DNA of 64,000 bases. It comes from Polyangiaceae bacterium. GTDB lineage: Bacteria > Myxococcota_A > Polyangia > Polyangiales > Polyangiaceae. Both the position numbers and the translations under genes were made by a program. Position 1 is the stretch's first letter, and every line of letters begins with the position of its first letter. Where the stretch lies: positions 96,001 to 160,000 of the forward strand of contig JBNKBE010000013.1 of the NCBI GenBank assembly GCA_050287085.1. Reading direction: 5' to 3'. Below the pieces are notes generated by a model. It saw nothing but the letters and a program-made list of their open reading frames with translations. It did not search any database and was not told the DNA's origin. Shown piece by piece: positions 29,503 through 38,824 of this stretch.

Positions 29503-30981
29503 ATGCACTTAAATATTGGCCTTGGTCGACCCTTGGGGTCGACCTGGACCTGGGTTCTGGTAGCAGCTAGCCTGGGATTGGCCCCAGCGGCCTCAGCTCG
29601 CCGCGGCGGAATTGTGGTTGAGAGTTGTCAAGGCTGTCACGACAACGGACTGCCGCAGGCTGAGCTGGAGATGACTGCGGAGTCTGACGTCATCGAGCCG
29701 GGGGATACGGTTAACTTCGAGCTCACTATTCGTGGTGATGGCGCAAGTGCGGGCGGGACGTTCATTACGACCGCCGACGGTATCGGTACCCTTGAGGCCT
29801 TGCCGGGTGAAGGTCTTGCGTTCAGAGAGCGGGGTCTGGCGCATACGACCCCCAAAGCTGCAGTCAACGGCGCCGTGACGTTCCGCTTCGCCTGGCGCGC
29901 CCCCACCGAGCCCGGAGGCGTTGATTTTCGCGTCGTTGGCCTTGCCGCAAACGGCAACGGTCAGGCGAGCGGAGACGCCCCGGGCTCGAATGAGTTTCAA
30001 TGGGCGTACGGGTGCGAAGGACGGCTGTTCTACCTCGACCTGGATCGCGACGGGTATGGCCGCCAGAGCTTGGGCACCCGCATCGGCTGCGCTGGAGACC
30101 CCCCGCCGAGCGGCTACGCGGCTGAGGACGGCGACTGCGATGAGAACAACGAGATGGTCAACCCCGGTGCAACCGAGGTTTGCAATCGTCGCGACGACGA
30201 CTGCAACGGCGAGATCGACGAAAACGCGCCTGAACTCATGATGTGGCCGGACAACGACGGCGACGGCTACTACGCTTCCGAGAATGGTGAACCCACGATC
30301 GGCTGCGGGGATATGCCGGGGTTTGCCAGCGAGAAGGGCGACTGCAATGACAGCGACCCGGACGTCAATCCTGGAGCCACTGAGGTCTGCAACAACCTAG
30401 ACGACAATTGCGACGGTGAAGTAGACGAACGAGCACGCCCTCAATGTGGCGTCGGTTGGTGTTCGCGGTACAGCCCGACGTGTGATCCGGCAGATTGCGA
30501 ACCAGGACCGCCAAGCGTGGAGACTTGCAACAGTCTCGACGACGACTGCGACGGAATCGCGGACAACAACGTTTGCAGTGACGGGACGATCTGTTCTGGA
30601 GCAGACTGCGTCGCGCTGGATGACGCGAACATCGCGGGTAGCGGGGGACTGCCACCTTCGGGGGGAACCGGAGGCCTTCCGTCCACCCCGGGGTCTGCGG
30701 GCGGCCCCAGCATCGCCGGGAGCCCCGCTATCGCCGGCGCCGCTCCGACCACCGCCGGAGCCGTGGGAGAGCCGTCGGAGCCTGAGACGACCGAGGAAGG
30801 CTGCAGCGTGGCGTCGGGTCTTGGACGACCCGAAATGAACCGAGGTGGCTGGTTTGCCTTCATCGCCACGGCTTTGGGGCTCGGCGTCAGACGACGCCGG
30901 CGAGGAGCACAGCGATACTCCGCCCGCTACAGCCAGAGGAGCGGCCGGCGTAGTATGATTTTCCCATCCGCGGGCCCATAG
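29503..30981 (+). CDS. Surface protein: CxxCH + reeler-like domain + MopE-type metal-binding repeats + MYXO-CTERM
   Basis: Signal peptide, CQGCH, F.WRAP...AANGNG..SGD, repeated DC.D....NPGATEVCN..DDDCNG, GCSV...hydrophobic...RRRRR. Confidence 0.85.
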   Translation: MHLNIGLGRPLGSTWTWVLVAASLGLAPAASARRGGIVVESCQGCHDNGLPQAELEMTAESDVIEPGDTVNFELTIRGDGASAGGTFITTADGIGTLEALPGEGLAFRERGLAHTTPKAAVNGAVTFRFAWRAPTEPGGVDFRVVGLAANGNGQASGDAPGSNEFQWAYGCEGRLFYLDLDRDGYGRQSLGTRIGCAGDPPPSGYAAEDGDCDENNEMVNPGATEVCNRRDDDCNGEIDENAPELMMWPDNDGDGYYASENGEPTIGCGDMPGFASEKGDCNDSDPDVNPGATEVCNNLDDNCDGEVDERARPQCGVGWCSRYSPTCDPADCEPGPPSVETCNSLDDDCDGIADNNVCSDGTICSGADCVALDDANIAGSGGLPPSGGTGGLPSTPGSAGGPSIAGSPAIAGAAPTTAGAVGEPSEPETTEEGCSVASGLGRPEMNRGGWFAFIATALGLGVRRRRRGAQRYSARYSQRSGRRSMIFPSAGP

Positions 30982-31139
30982 CGTAAGACCGCTTCCGCGG
31001 AGGTGTCTCCCAGGCTCTGGAGGCCGAGCACACCGCGGTTGAGAGTTGACCTCCACAGCCCATTGGAAGTGCTCGGAAGCCCAGCTATACGGGGGTGGCA
31101 CGGGCTTCCGCTCCGTGATCACGCGCCAAGACCCGTTTC

Positions 31140-32783
31140 ATGCTGCCTCAGCCTCCCACCGCAACACGCGTCATCGGTCGCTATCTGCTGTGTGACGCGA
31201 TTGCTTCGGGTGGCATGGCAACCGTACACTTGGGACGGTTGATAGGCCCGCAAGGATTCTCGCGGACCGTGGCAATCAAGCGCCTGCATCCGCAGTTTGC
31301 GCGGGATCCGGAGTTTGTGACCATGTTCCTGGACGAAGCGCGCCTGGCCTCGCGCATCAGCCATCCCAACGTGGTGTCGCCACTGGATGTGATCTCGTCA
31401 CCCCCGGAGCTCTTCATAGTCATGGAGTATGTTCACGGTGAATCACTCTCGCGCCTGATCGACTACGCTGGCGAACGGCCGGTGCCCGTGCGCATCGCAC
31501 TCGCGATCATGGGACAGGTCTTGCTGGGGCTTCATGCCGCCCATGTCGCGACCTCCGAGTTCGGAGAGCCTCTGGAACTTGTGCATCGCGACGTTTCTCC
31601 TCAGAACATCCTGGTGACGGAACACGGCGTGGCGCGCGTCGTAGACTTCGGGATCGCAAAGGCCAGCGAACGTTCGCACCAGACTGAGGAAGGCAAACTC
31701 AAGGGGAAGTTTGGCTATATGACGCCGGAACAGGTTCAGCTTCTGCACGTTGATCAACGCAGCGACATATTCGCGGCGGGCATCGTGTTGTGGGAGCTGC
31801 TGACGGGACGTCGCCTGTTTAGCGCAAGCAGCGCCATCGCGTCCCTACACGAGCTGCTTTACGCCGAGCTCGAAGCCCCCAGTCGCTTTGCCCCAGACGT
31901 TCCGCCAGCAGTGGACCGCGTCGTCATGAAAGCATTGGCTCGTCCCGTTGATGAACGATTTCAAACAGCGCGGGAAATGGCAGAAGCGCTCGAGCGTGCG
32001 GCTTCGTCAAGCAGTACGTTGGAACTGTCGTCGTGGATGAACAAACAAGCCCAAGCTAGTTTGGAGGCACGTGCCGAGGCGGTCGCGGAAGTGGAGGCGC
32101 TGCGCTTTCAGGATTTCACCCAGAAGTTGGCAACCCCCGAGCTCTTCGGCACCTCGCAGGCGCTCAGCGGCTCGCGCCCCAGCCCTATGTCTGGCCCTGC
32201 GCCCACATCTTCGGAGCGCAAGGTTGAGTCGAGTGCCTGGACCCCATCGGCGCCAAGCGACGCGGCCAGCGCAACTCCGGGTCTGACGTCACCCCCATCC
32301 CCCGCTTCCGGAGGTGCGGCTTCGGCGCCTTCAGCTCCACCTGCTTCTGGGTCCGACAATCCCACGCCGCTGGCTGGCCTTCGTTGGGTTCTCGCACTGG
32401 GTGCGCTCGGCGCAGCCGCACTCGTCGCCCTGACCTGGCTCTCCGCTGGGCGCGAAGCCCCTCCTTCTCCGACTGACTCCCCTTCAGCGGCAAGTCCTCC
32501 TGCTGCGCCAGCTCCAGGCGACGAGCGCTCTTTGGAGGGCGTGCTCCGCGCGCCCCCACCCGCCGCTTTCGGCCGTGATCGAGGAGATAGCGGCCTGATG
32601 AACACGGCGCCCGGCGCCCCGCTTCCCCCTTCATCGCCAGCGACAAGCGCGCCCGCGCTAGTTCCTCCGCCAACGCCCAAGACAGGCTCCCCCGCCCCAC
32701 GAGTCAAGAACAAGGGCCAATGTGAGGTACCCTACACCCTGGATGAAAGCGGCTTGAAGCGCTTCAAGCCGGAGTGCCTGTAG
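31140..32783 (+). CDS. Hanks-type Ser/Thr protein kinase, TM, Pro-rich tail
   Basis: GGMATV, VAIKRLH, HRDVSPQN, DFG, GKFGYMTPE; C-terminal CEVPY..D..G.KRFKPECL. Confidence 0.95.
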   Translation: MLPQPPTATRVIGRYLLCDAIASGGMATVHLGRLIGPQGFSRTVAIKRLHPQFARDPEFVTMFLDEARLASRISHPNVVSPLDVISSPPELFIVMEYVHGESLSRLIDYAGERPVPVRIALAIMGQVLLGLHAAHVATSEFGEPLELVHRDVSPQNILVTEHGVARVVDFGIAKASERSHQTEEGKLKGKFGYMTPEQVQLLHVDQRSDIFAAGIVLWELLTGRRLFSASSAIASLHELLYAELEAPSRFAPDVPPAVDRVVMKALARPVDERFQTAREMAEALERAASSSSTLELSSWMNKQAQASLEARAEAVAEVEALRFQDFTQKLATPELFGTSQALSGSRPSPMSGPAPTSSERKVESSAWTPSAPSDAASATPGLTSPPSPASGGAASAPSAPPASGSDNPTPLAGLRWVLALGALGAAALVALTWLSAGREAPPSPTDSPSAASPPAAPAPGDERSLEGVLRAPPPAAFGRDRGDSGLMNTAPGAPLPPSSPATSAPALVPPPTPKTGSPAPRVKNKGQCEVPYTLDESGLKRFKPECL

Positions 32784-32899
32784 GCTGCCACGGGGAATAC
32801 CAAGCAAGCGCAGCATCCGCCAGCAAAGGTACAACGCCGTCCACACCTTGGTGGTGTCCGCTTCGCGCTGTCCAATGCTCGACGGCAAAGCACTGCACT

Positions 32900-33400
32900 C
32901 CGTCGGCGGCAAGTGGCTTCGGAGTATGTGGCGAACTTGCGATGGAGATCGTTTTGCCTGCGGGGGTCCAGAACTCGACACATGAGTTCGGCGCCCTTGA
33001 GCAACACCGCCGCATGTCCATCGCGGCCTCTCCTCTGGGCAGAGTCACCGGCCAGGGCTAGCACAGCTCCGCTGAGCCCAGCACACCTGTCCCAATGCAC
33101 GCCGCCAAGGGACACTTCCACGGTCCGAAGTTTCTTGGGGCAGTCGCGCTCGTTCGGTCGCCGCTCCACGCCACACTGAGCAGGTATTCCCAGCGAAGCT
33201 CGTTGAACATCTCTCTGTGCCCTCCGCGCCAGCAACCGTCCCGGAGGCGGTCGTAGCATATCGCTGTCTTGCCGGTTGCGGAACGCCGTCGACCTGCGGC
33301 CGACAATCGCCAAGCGCGCGCAAGACGACAGCGTTGCCGACTCAGCGTCGCGCGGTGAACCGGTGATCCATCGACTACGGAAAGAGGCGCGCACGAGTAC
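32900..33400 (-). pseudogene. Possible decayed nitroreductase-like (Rv1355c-type) gene fragment
   Basis: DRLR...GHREMFNELRW and, in another frame, SGAVLAL...LLKGAELMCRV; frameshifted. Confidence 0.3.
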
Positions 33401-33970
33401 GCCAGGGCCTCAGCATCAGGGCGGTCTCACCCCAACCTCGATTGAAAGTCGGTCCGGAACTACCCCACCGGGCCTTACCAAATCCTCGGCGACAAGGTCG
33501 CTTTCGGGCTGATGGGCTTCGAGGTCAAGGGCCACCTCCTTCGGTACTCCAAACCATGCCCGGTCCGCTTCGGCGGACCGGCTCTCGTCGCTCAGCCGGC
33601 GCTCGACAACTACGGGGAAGGTGGACGACACAGTGTTCACGAAAGATTTGTGAATGACTCGGCGTCTTGCGGGCATGCTCGGCAAGGCGCTCAAACGGGT
33701 CGAGTTGGCGCGTGTGCCCGGACTCCCGGGACCGGAGAGGGCGCCGGTGGAAGCTCCGCACCTGGCCCACGACGACGGTCGTTGGGCTCACAGCTGCAAG
33801 CATCTCGGCGCGGTTGAACGATTGACGCGCGAGGCGAGCAGTTTGCTGTTCTGTCTCTTGAATGGGGTGCCACGAACGAGCGTTGAAGAGTGCAGAGCCA
33901 AGTTTCGCTTCAGGAGGAAAGCGTGCTGACCTTTGCATCGCGCTGGGCCGAGTCCGCCGACGCGCAGAGG

Positions 33971-34087
33971 ATCGTGGTTCGGCTCCACTGGGGCGTGGAG
34001 CTCACCCATCAGACCCTCGACGTAGCCTTCGAGGAAGACGCTCGCCCGTGGATTCGAGACAACCCGCGCGGCCTGTGTGCGGTGCTC
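33971..34087 (+). mobile_element. ISAs1-family transposase C-terminal remnant
   Basis: VRLHWGVELTHQTLDVAFEED matches the ISAs1 signature R.HW.IE..H..LDV.F.ED; no N-terminal part or terminal inverted repeats seen. Confidence 0.7.
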
Positions 34088-34166
34088 AACTCCAACACCC
34101 CGGTCCCGACTAAGCCGTTGCCCTCGCTGCCCGCACCAATCACAGCAGGGCGGTGCTGCAACCGAC

Positions 34167-34295
34167 GCCCCAAAACCGAACCCGCTCCCACCGGCCGAAG
34201 CCCAAGGCGTGCTTCGCGCGCCCCTACCCGCCGCTTTCGGCCGCGACCGCGGGGAGCGAGCAAGCTCGCTCCCCACTCCTCCGATCAAAGCTTGG
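34167..34295 (+). repeat. Dispersed palindromic repeat, copy 2 (long form)
   Basis: Perfect GGGGAGCGAGC-AA-GCTCGCTCCCC (34251-34274); ends match copies 1 and 3; middle matches kinase 32538-32588. Confidence 0.85.
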
Positions 34296-34596
34296 CCTCA
34301 CCCCTTGGGGGTCGACACGATGCTGCTACGTCTTCTCGGATTGGCTCAAGGACGCGAGCGATGCGTGCGAGCCGCGCCACCCGACGAGACCCCTAGCATG
34401 CGCTTCGGGCAACTGACCCGAGCTTCCGCCGTCACTGATATCGCTCGGCGGAGGGGGCTTATCCTGGTACGCAAACGCGGAATCAGCTGTGCCGTCATGA
34501 CGTCTGTGGCAAAGCGGGTCACGGTCTTTGACGCGCTGGATCGCGCCTGAAAACCGTTTGACGGTATTGAGCGCGCTAGAGTAGCTTGCCGGGCCG

Positions 34597-35637
34597 TTGT
34601 CACGGCCGACTCATCATACCGGAACCCGCCATACCGGAACCCGCATTGTGCCGGGCCATTTAGTGCCGGGCCATTTAGTGCCGGGCCATTCAGTGCCGGG
34701 CCATTCAGTGCCGGGCTATTCAGTGCCGGGCTATGCAGTTCAGTGCTCGTTGCGTCGGCGCTGGTCGCTTCTGGGCTGTTCACTTCTGGCCGTCTCCTGC
34801 CTCTTGCTTTCGCCTCTGGCTTGGGCCGACACCACGTCGTGTTCTTCAGCTCACGAGTCCGCTCAATTGGCTCAGCAAGAAGGGAGACTTCAGGACGCCT
34901 CCATACTGCTGACGACCTGCGCGTCGGACGCCGCCTGCCCCGACCTGATTCGCAACGACTGCTCCGCGATCTACAAGTCGATTGTCGACGCACTGCCGAC
35001 CGTGATCTTTGTAGTTCTCGACGGCAAGCGTGAGCTTTCCGGCGCTCGCGTATTCGCCGATGGGCTCTTGATTGCAGACAGCTTGGACGGCCGCGCGCTT
35101 GCGCTCGATCCAGGCCGCCATCGCTTGAAGGTAGAGCTCCCGGACGGACGGACCCAAGGCAGCGAGGTGGTGTTGCACGAGGGGGTCAAGAATCGCCTGA
35201 TCAGAGTGCAAATCGCCCCAAAGGTGTCATCCGGAACAGCCCAGCCCGCACAGAACTTGGGGCCTTCCAGAACCGCCTTCTGGCTTGCGTCAGCAGCCGC
35301 GGCTGGCGCCCTCACGACGGGCGCGGTGTTCTCGGTGCTCGGCTACAGCAAAGAGAGGGCCGTCGCAAACGAGATCCGCGATTGCAGTCCGTCGCTCCCT
35401 TGCTCGCGACAGCTCTACGCTGACGGCAAGCAGCAGCTGGAGGACGCCCGCGGCGCCTATACGGCTGGAAACATTGCCTTTGCCCTGGGCGGCGTGGCGG
35501 CGGCGACAGCGGCTGTTCTATATTGGACAACCTCCGAAAGGGATGATGAGCCTTCGCCGAACGCAGTCCGGCGTGAGCGGATAGCCGTTACTCCAGCGTC
35601 GAAAGGTCTTGGCGCGGCGGTGCATCTTCAGTTCTAG
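34597..35637 (+). CDS. PEGA-like kinase-associated membrane protein (start uncertain, repeat-containing N-terminus)
   Basis: Signal peptide ..AWAD, C..AHE.AQ.....G.L..A...L..CA...CP..IR.DC, V.ADG...LDPGRH, C-terminal TM pair. Confidence 0.8.
   Translation: MSRPTHHTGTRHTGTRIVPGHLVPGHLVPGHSVPGHSVPGYSVPGYAVQCSLRRRWSLLGCSLLAVSCLLLSPLAWADTTSCSSAHESAQLAQQEGRLQDASILLTTCASDAACPDLIRNDCSAIYKSIVDALPTVIFVVLDGKRELSGARVFADGLLIADSLDGRALALDPGRHRLKVELPDGRTQGSEVVLHEGVKNRLIRVQIAPKVSSGTAQPAQNLGPSRTAFWLASAAAAGALTTGAVFSVLGYSKERAVANEIRDCSPSLPCSRQLYADGKQQLEDARGAYTAGNIAFALGGVAAATAAVLYWTTSERDDEPSPNAVRRERIAVTPASKGLGAAVHLQF
34615..34737 (+). repeat. VNTR: 2x CATACCGGAACCCGC plus 6x GTGCCGGGCYATKYA (15 bp)
   Basis: Directly visible tandem units at 34615-34644 and 34648-34737, encoding HTGTR and VPG(H/Y)(L/S/A). 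Confidence 0.95.
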
Positions 35638-35701
35638 ATCTCCGCGAACGGCTCAGCTGCTACTGTGCCGTGGACGGTGGCTCAACCCGAGAATTCTCCC
35701 C

Positions 35702-36799
35702 ATGACGAGCGTGACGACGACAGTGTATTCTTGTGGACTGGGAGTCCTCCTCGGCAACCTGCTGCTCGGGGCCTGCTCGGTATCAACTCGGCTGGAGGAG
35801 CGTGCCTTCGAACCCATCGACGCCGCCCCGACGGCACTCGGAGGCGCCAGCGACAGCTTCGACAACGCCCATGCCGGCGCTGCTCTCGACGGCAAGTCGG
35901 GTATGTCTTCCACGGGTGGGCTTGGTGGTTCCGACTCCGAACCAGACACCTGCGACGACGCCGAGTGCTGTATGACACCTCCTTGTGGGCCGCGGGCGGG
36001 CCAAGGGGGCTCGGCGGAAAGCAGCGACGCGGGAGGGACTGAGGCCGCTCCCGACGGGACGCGAGACGCCGCAGAGCCACCGAAGCACGACTCCGGGCTG
36101 CTGCTGCACTACTCTTTCGATGAAGGAGGTGGCACCCTCGCTCGCGACGAGGTGCGAGACGACCAATCGGGAACGCTCCGCGGTGGAGCGGGGTGGACCA
36201 CCGGGAAACTGGGGGGTGCGCTATTGCTAGAAGGAAGCCCCGCCGATGCACTCGACCCCCAATACGTTGAGCTGCCAGCCAATCTGCTATCGGGCCTGGC
36301 TGAAACGAGTATCATCGCCTGGGTGCGCTGGGACGGAGGTGAACACTGGCAACGCGTGTTTGACTTCGGTGCTGACCCCGCCCACGGCTTCTACGTGACG
36401 CCTCAAGCTCCCGACGCCCCGGGTGCACCGGACGCGGGTGCAGCACAGGACATCGGACTCGTAGTCGTGCGCCCCCTTGAACCGATGGCACCGCAAGTCC
36501 ATCTGCAGGTGCGTCCCTTGCTTCATGTTGCCGAGTGGACCCACGTGGCGGTCACGTGGACCCGTGACGCGTTGATCGTCTACGTTGACGGACAGAAGGC
36601 GGCGTCGACACCGGCGGGACCCTATGCGCCAAACCCCGAAATGGGTCCGAGCAGCCTAGGAGAACTGCCCGAAGCATACATCGGTCGTTCACTTTCCCCG
36701 GCTGATCCCTATTTTGGCGGCGCTATCGACGATTTTCGAGTTTACGATCGAGCCCTGACGCAGGCCGAAGTCATCGAACTCCGAGACCTATCTCCGTAA
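35702..36799 (+). CDS. LamG/concanavalin A-like domain lipoprotein
   Basis: LGAC lipobox; LLHYSFDEG.G, W..GK.GGAL, WQRVFDFG, WTHVAVT, YVDG, G.IDDFRVYDRALT. Confidence 0.9.
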   Translation: MTSVTTTVYSCGLGVLLGNLLLGACSVSTRLEERAFEPIDAAPTALGGASDSFDNAHAGAALDGKSGMSSTGGLGGSDSEPDTCDDAECCMTPPCGPRAGQGGSAESSDAGGTEAAPDGTRDAAEPPKHDSGLLLHYSFDEGGGTLARDEVRDDQSGTLRGGAGWTTGKLGGALLLEGSPADALDPQYVELPANLLSGLAETSIIAWVRWDGGEHWQRVFDFGADPAHGFYVTPQAPDAPGAPDAGAAQDIGLVVVRPLEPMAPQVHLQVRPLLHVAEWTHVAVTWTRDALIVYVDGQKAASTPAGPYAPNPEMGPSSLGELPEAYIGRSLSPADPYFGGAIDDFRVYDRALTQAEVIELRDLSP

Positions 36800-36958
36800 G
36801 GAGCGGCGGGTCGAGCGTCACCATCACGACCGGTAGCGGGAGCGCCACACAGACCCACCGTTGTCGGCCATTCGCGTATCGTCGCCGTGGTCCCGCATTG
36901 TCGCCGTGGGCCGGCATTGCCGCCGTGGGCCAGAACCGAGCTGTCTCCCAGTGTCGCC

Positions 36959-37732
36959 TCACTCACTGGGCTCTCGAAGCGCTGCAGCTACTTGTATTCC
37001 AATTCCGGCCGCGGTGCCCGCCGAACCGTGCCCTATCATGCTACCTCCGGCCGCTCCGGCCAACGGTGAAGCGCTGCTCGCCGCGGCCGCAAGCGTTCCG
37101 TGCAGGGCGTCAGACGCGACCGCTGCGACGGGCAGAGCTCCCCCTAGTCCGACGCGAATCAGGCCAGCGTTGGCCGAGGTGAGCGCCCCCCAAGCCCCAC
37201 TCTTGGCCGCGGCCCACCAGTCCACGACCCTGTCTTTGGCCAAGTCTCCAACCCCCGAGGTCGCGACCCCGGTAGCAAAGCCTTCCACGGCACTCCCAAC
37301 CACGGCTGCAACGGCCGATCCTTGCGCAGCAGCAACCCCTGGAGCCGCAATGGCCACCGCCGTTGCCGACACCATCAACGCCGCATCCTGCACTTGCTCG
37401 GCGCGCCGGAAATCGTAGTCGAGCTCGTAGGCAAGACGTTCGAGTGCGTTCATTCCCGCGCGCGGGTCAAAGGGCTGAGAACGAGCGGATGGCGATTCTG
37501 AAACGCTCTGCCTCCCCCGCTCGCCGTCCGAAGAAGGCTGGCCCCTACCCCCGCGAGCCGCATTGTCCACCAGTGCCTGCACCCCCCGGGAACGGGTTGT
37601 GGGCGCCTGCCCTCCCGCGGCCTTGCCCGCGTCGGGCTTGGCCAGGCGCGGCGCATTGGGAGCCTCGGTGCGCTGACAGGCGGCTCCCTCGGAGCGCGAA
37701 CGCCCCGCGCCAGATATCGCATTTGAACTCAT
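36959..37732 (-). CDS. Hypothetical Gly/Ala-rich protein with hydrophobic C-terminal half
   Basis: ATG at 37732 after AAGGAG; open frame of 257 aa; no recognised family. Confidence 0.5.
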   Translation of the reverse strand: MSSNAISGAGRSRSEGAACQRTEAPNAPRLAKPDAGKAAGGQAPTTRSRGVQALVDNAARGGRGQPSSDGERGRQSVSESPSARSQPFDPRAGMNALERLAYELDYDFRRAEQVQDAALMVSATAVAIAAPGVAAAQGSAVAAVVGSAVEGFATGVATSGVGDLAKDRVVDWWAAAKSGAWGALTSANAGLIRVGLGGALPVAAVASDALHGTLAAAASSASPLAGAAGGSMIGHGSAGTAAGIGIQVAAALREPSE

Positions 37733-38101
37733 GAACCAACTCCTTGTCGGGCGCAGAAAGCGCCCGCACTCCAGCCGCTCGGCGCGAGCTCTGGTCGGTT
37801 GCGCACAATCAGGCACCCGGCTCCGAAATCCGGCGGGCGCGAGCCGCGCCTCACCCTCGGCTCAACGCTCGGTCCTCGTGCGGCACCAGGAACAGCCAAG
37901 AGCCCGCTGGGAACACCACTTCGGTGCAGGGTCATCTTCTGGCCCGTGCCGAACTACAACTCATGACCCATCCGACAGACGTTGCACCCAGGCTTCATCC
38001 CAGAAGGGTCAGGCGGCCGACGCTCCCACACGGTAGTTGCCTCGAGACGACAAGGAGAGCAAGAAAGGCGCTCGGAAGGGTTTGCAGAAAGGTACCTATC
38101 A

Positions 38102-38602
38102 ATGATCCAACGCACTTTGCTCACATCTACTCTATGCATGGGCGTCGCTCTTGCTTGTGCAAGCGGCCAGGAAACGCCCGCAACGCCTGAGGCCCCGATG
38201 GCTGAGGAGGCATCGCCTTCCGCCGAAGCGGCTCCGGCTGAAGTCACCTCGCCCGAGACGTGGTCGGAAGCGACCACGCTTGAACTGCAGGTGGCGTTCA
38301 TGAAGGCGAAGATCATGCCGCCCATGGGCCCCGTCTTTCAGGCCTCCGACGCGGAAGCATACGCAGATTTCAGCTGCGCAACTTGCCACGGACCGGACAA
38401 GAAGCCGCCCACTGAGTACTTGCCGGAGCTCACCTTGAAGGACGGCAAGATCACCTCGTTTGAAGAAGCTCCCGAGGTTTCCAAGTTCATGGCGGAAGAG
38501 GTTGTTCCCAAGATGGCCGCAGCCATGGGCCTAGCGCCTTACAACCCGGAGACCCACGAGGGCTTCGGTTGTGGTGGCTGCCACGCCATCAAGCAGGAGT
38601 AG
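38102..38602 (+). CDS. Diheme c-type cytochrome lipoprotein
   Basis: LAC lipobox; CATCH and CGGCH; Met-rich helices. Confidence 0.85.
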   Translation: MIQRTLLTSTLCMGVALACASGQETPATPEAPMAEEASPSAEAAPAEVTSPETWSEATTLELQVAFMKAKIMPPMGPVFQASDAEAYADFSCATCHGPDKKPPTEYLPELTLKDGKITSFEEAPEVSKFMAEEVVPKMAAAMGLAPYNPETHEGFGCGGCHAIKQE

Positions 38603-38766
38603 TCATAGAGCCGACGGCCCGGGTGCAGCTCAATCCCTTGGGCTGCACCCGACCATTTAGCCGTAACCAGCAAACACCATCCGACTAAGCCCACGTCGCC
38701 CCCTGTCTGGCGCCCATTCGGCCATTCACCCCCTGCAGGCAACCCGATGCACTGCAGGAACATGCG

Positions 38767-38789
38767 CTCGACGTTGGCTTAACGTCGAG
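38767..38789. terminator. Perfect 9-bp hairpin between the convergent cytochrome genes
   Basis: CTCGACGTT-GGCTT-AACGTCGAG. Confidence 0.45.
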
Positions 38790-38824
38790 GATATCGTCGC
38801 CTGCTGGAATGCGTCCGCTGCGGA

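Noticed and set aside
33443..33445. In-frame TGA as selenocysteine or recoding
   Set aside because: No Cys-like context or clear SECIS hairpin; surrounding DNA is decayed, so a nonsense mutation is simpler
34615..34737. Tandem repeats as a CRISPR array
   Set aside because: Units are 15 bp and contiguous with no unique spacers; no cas genes in the window
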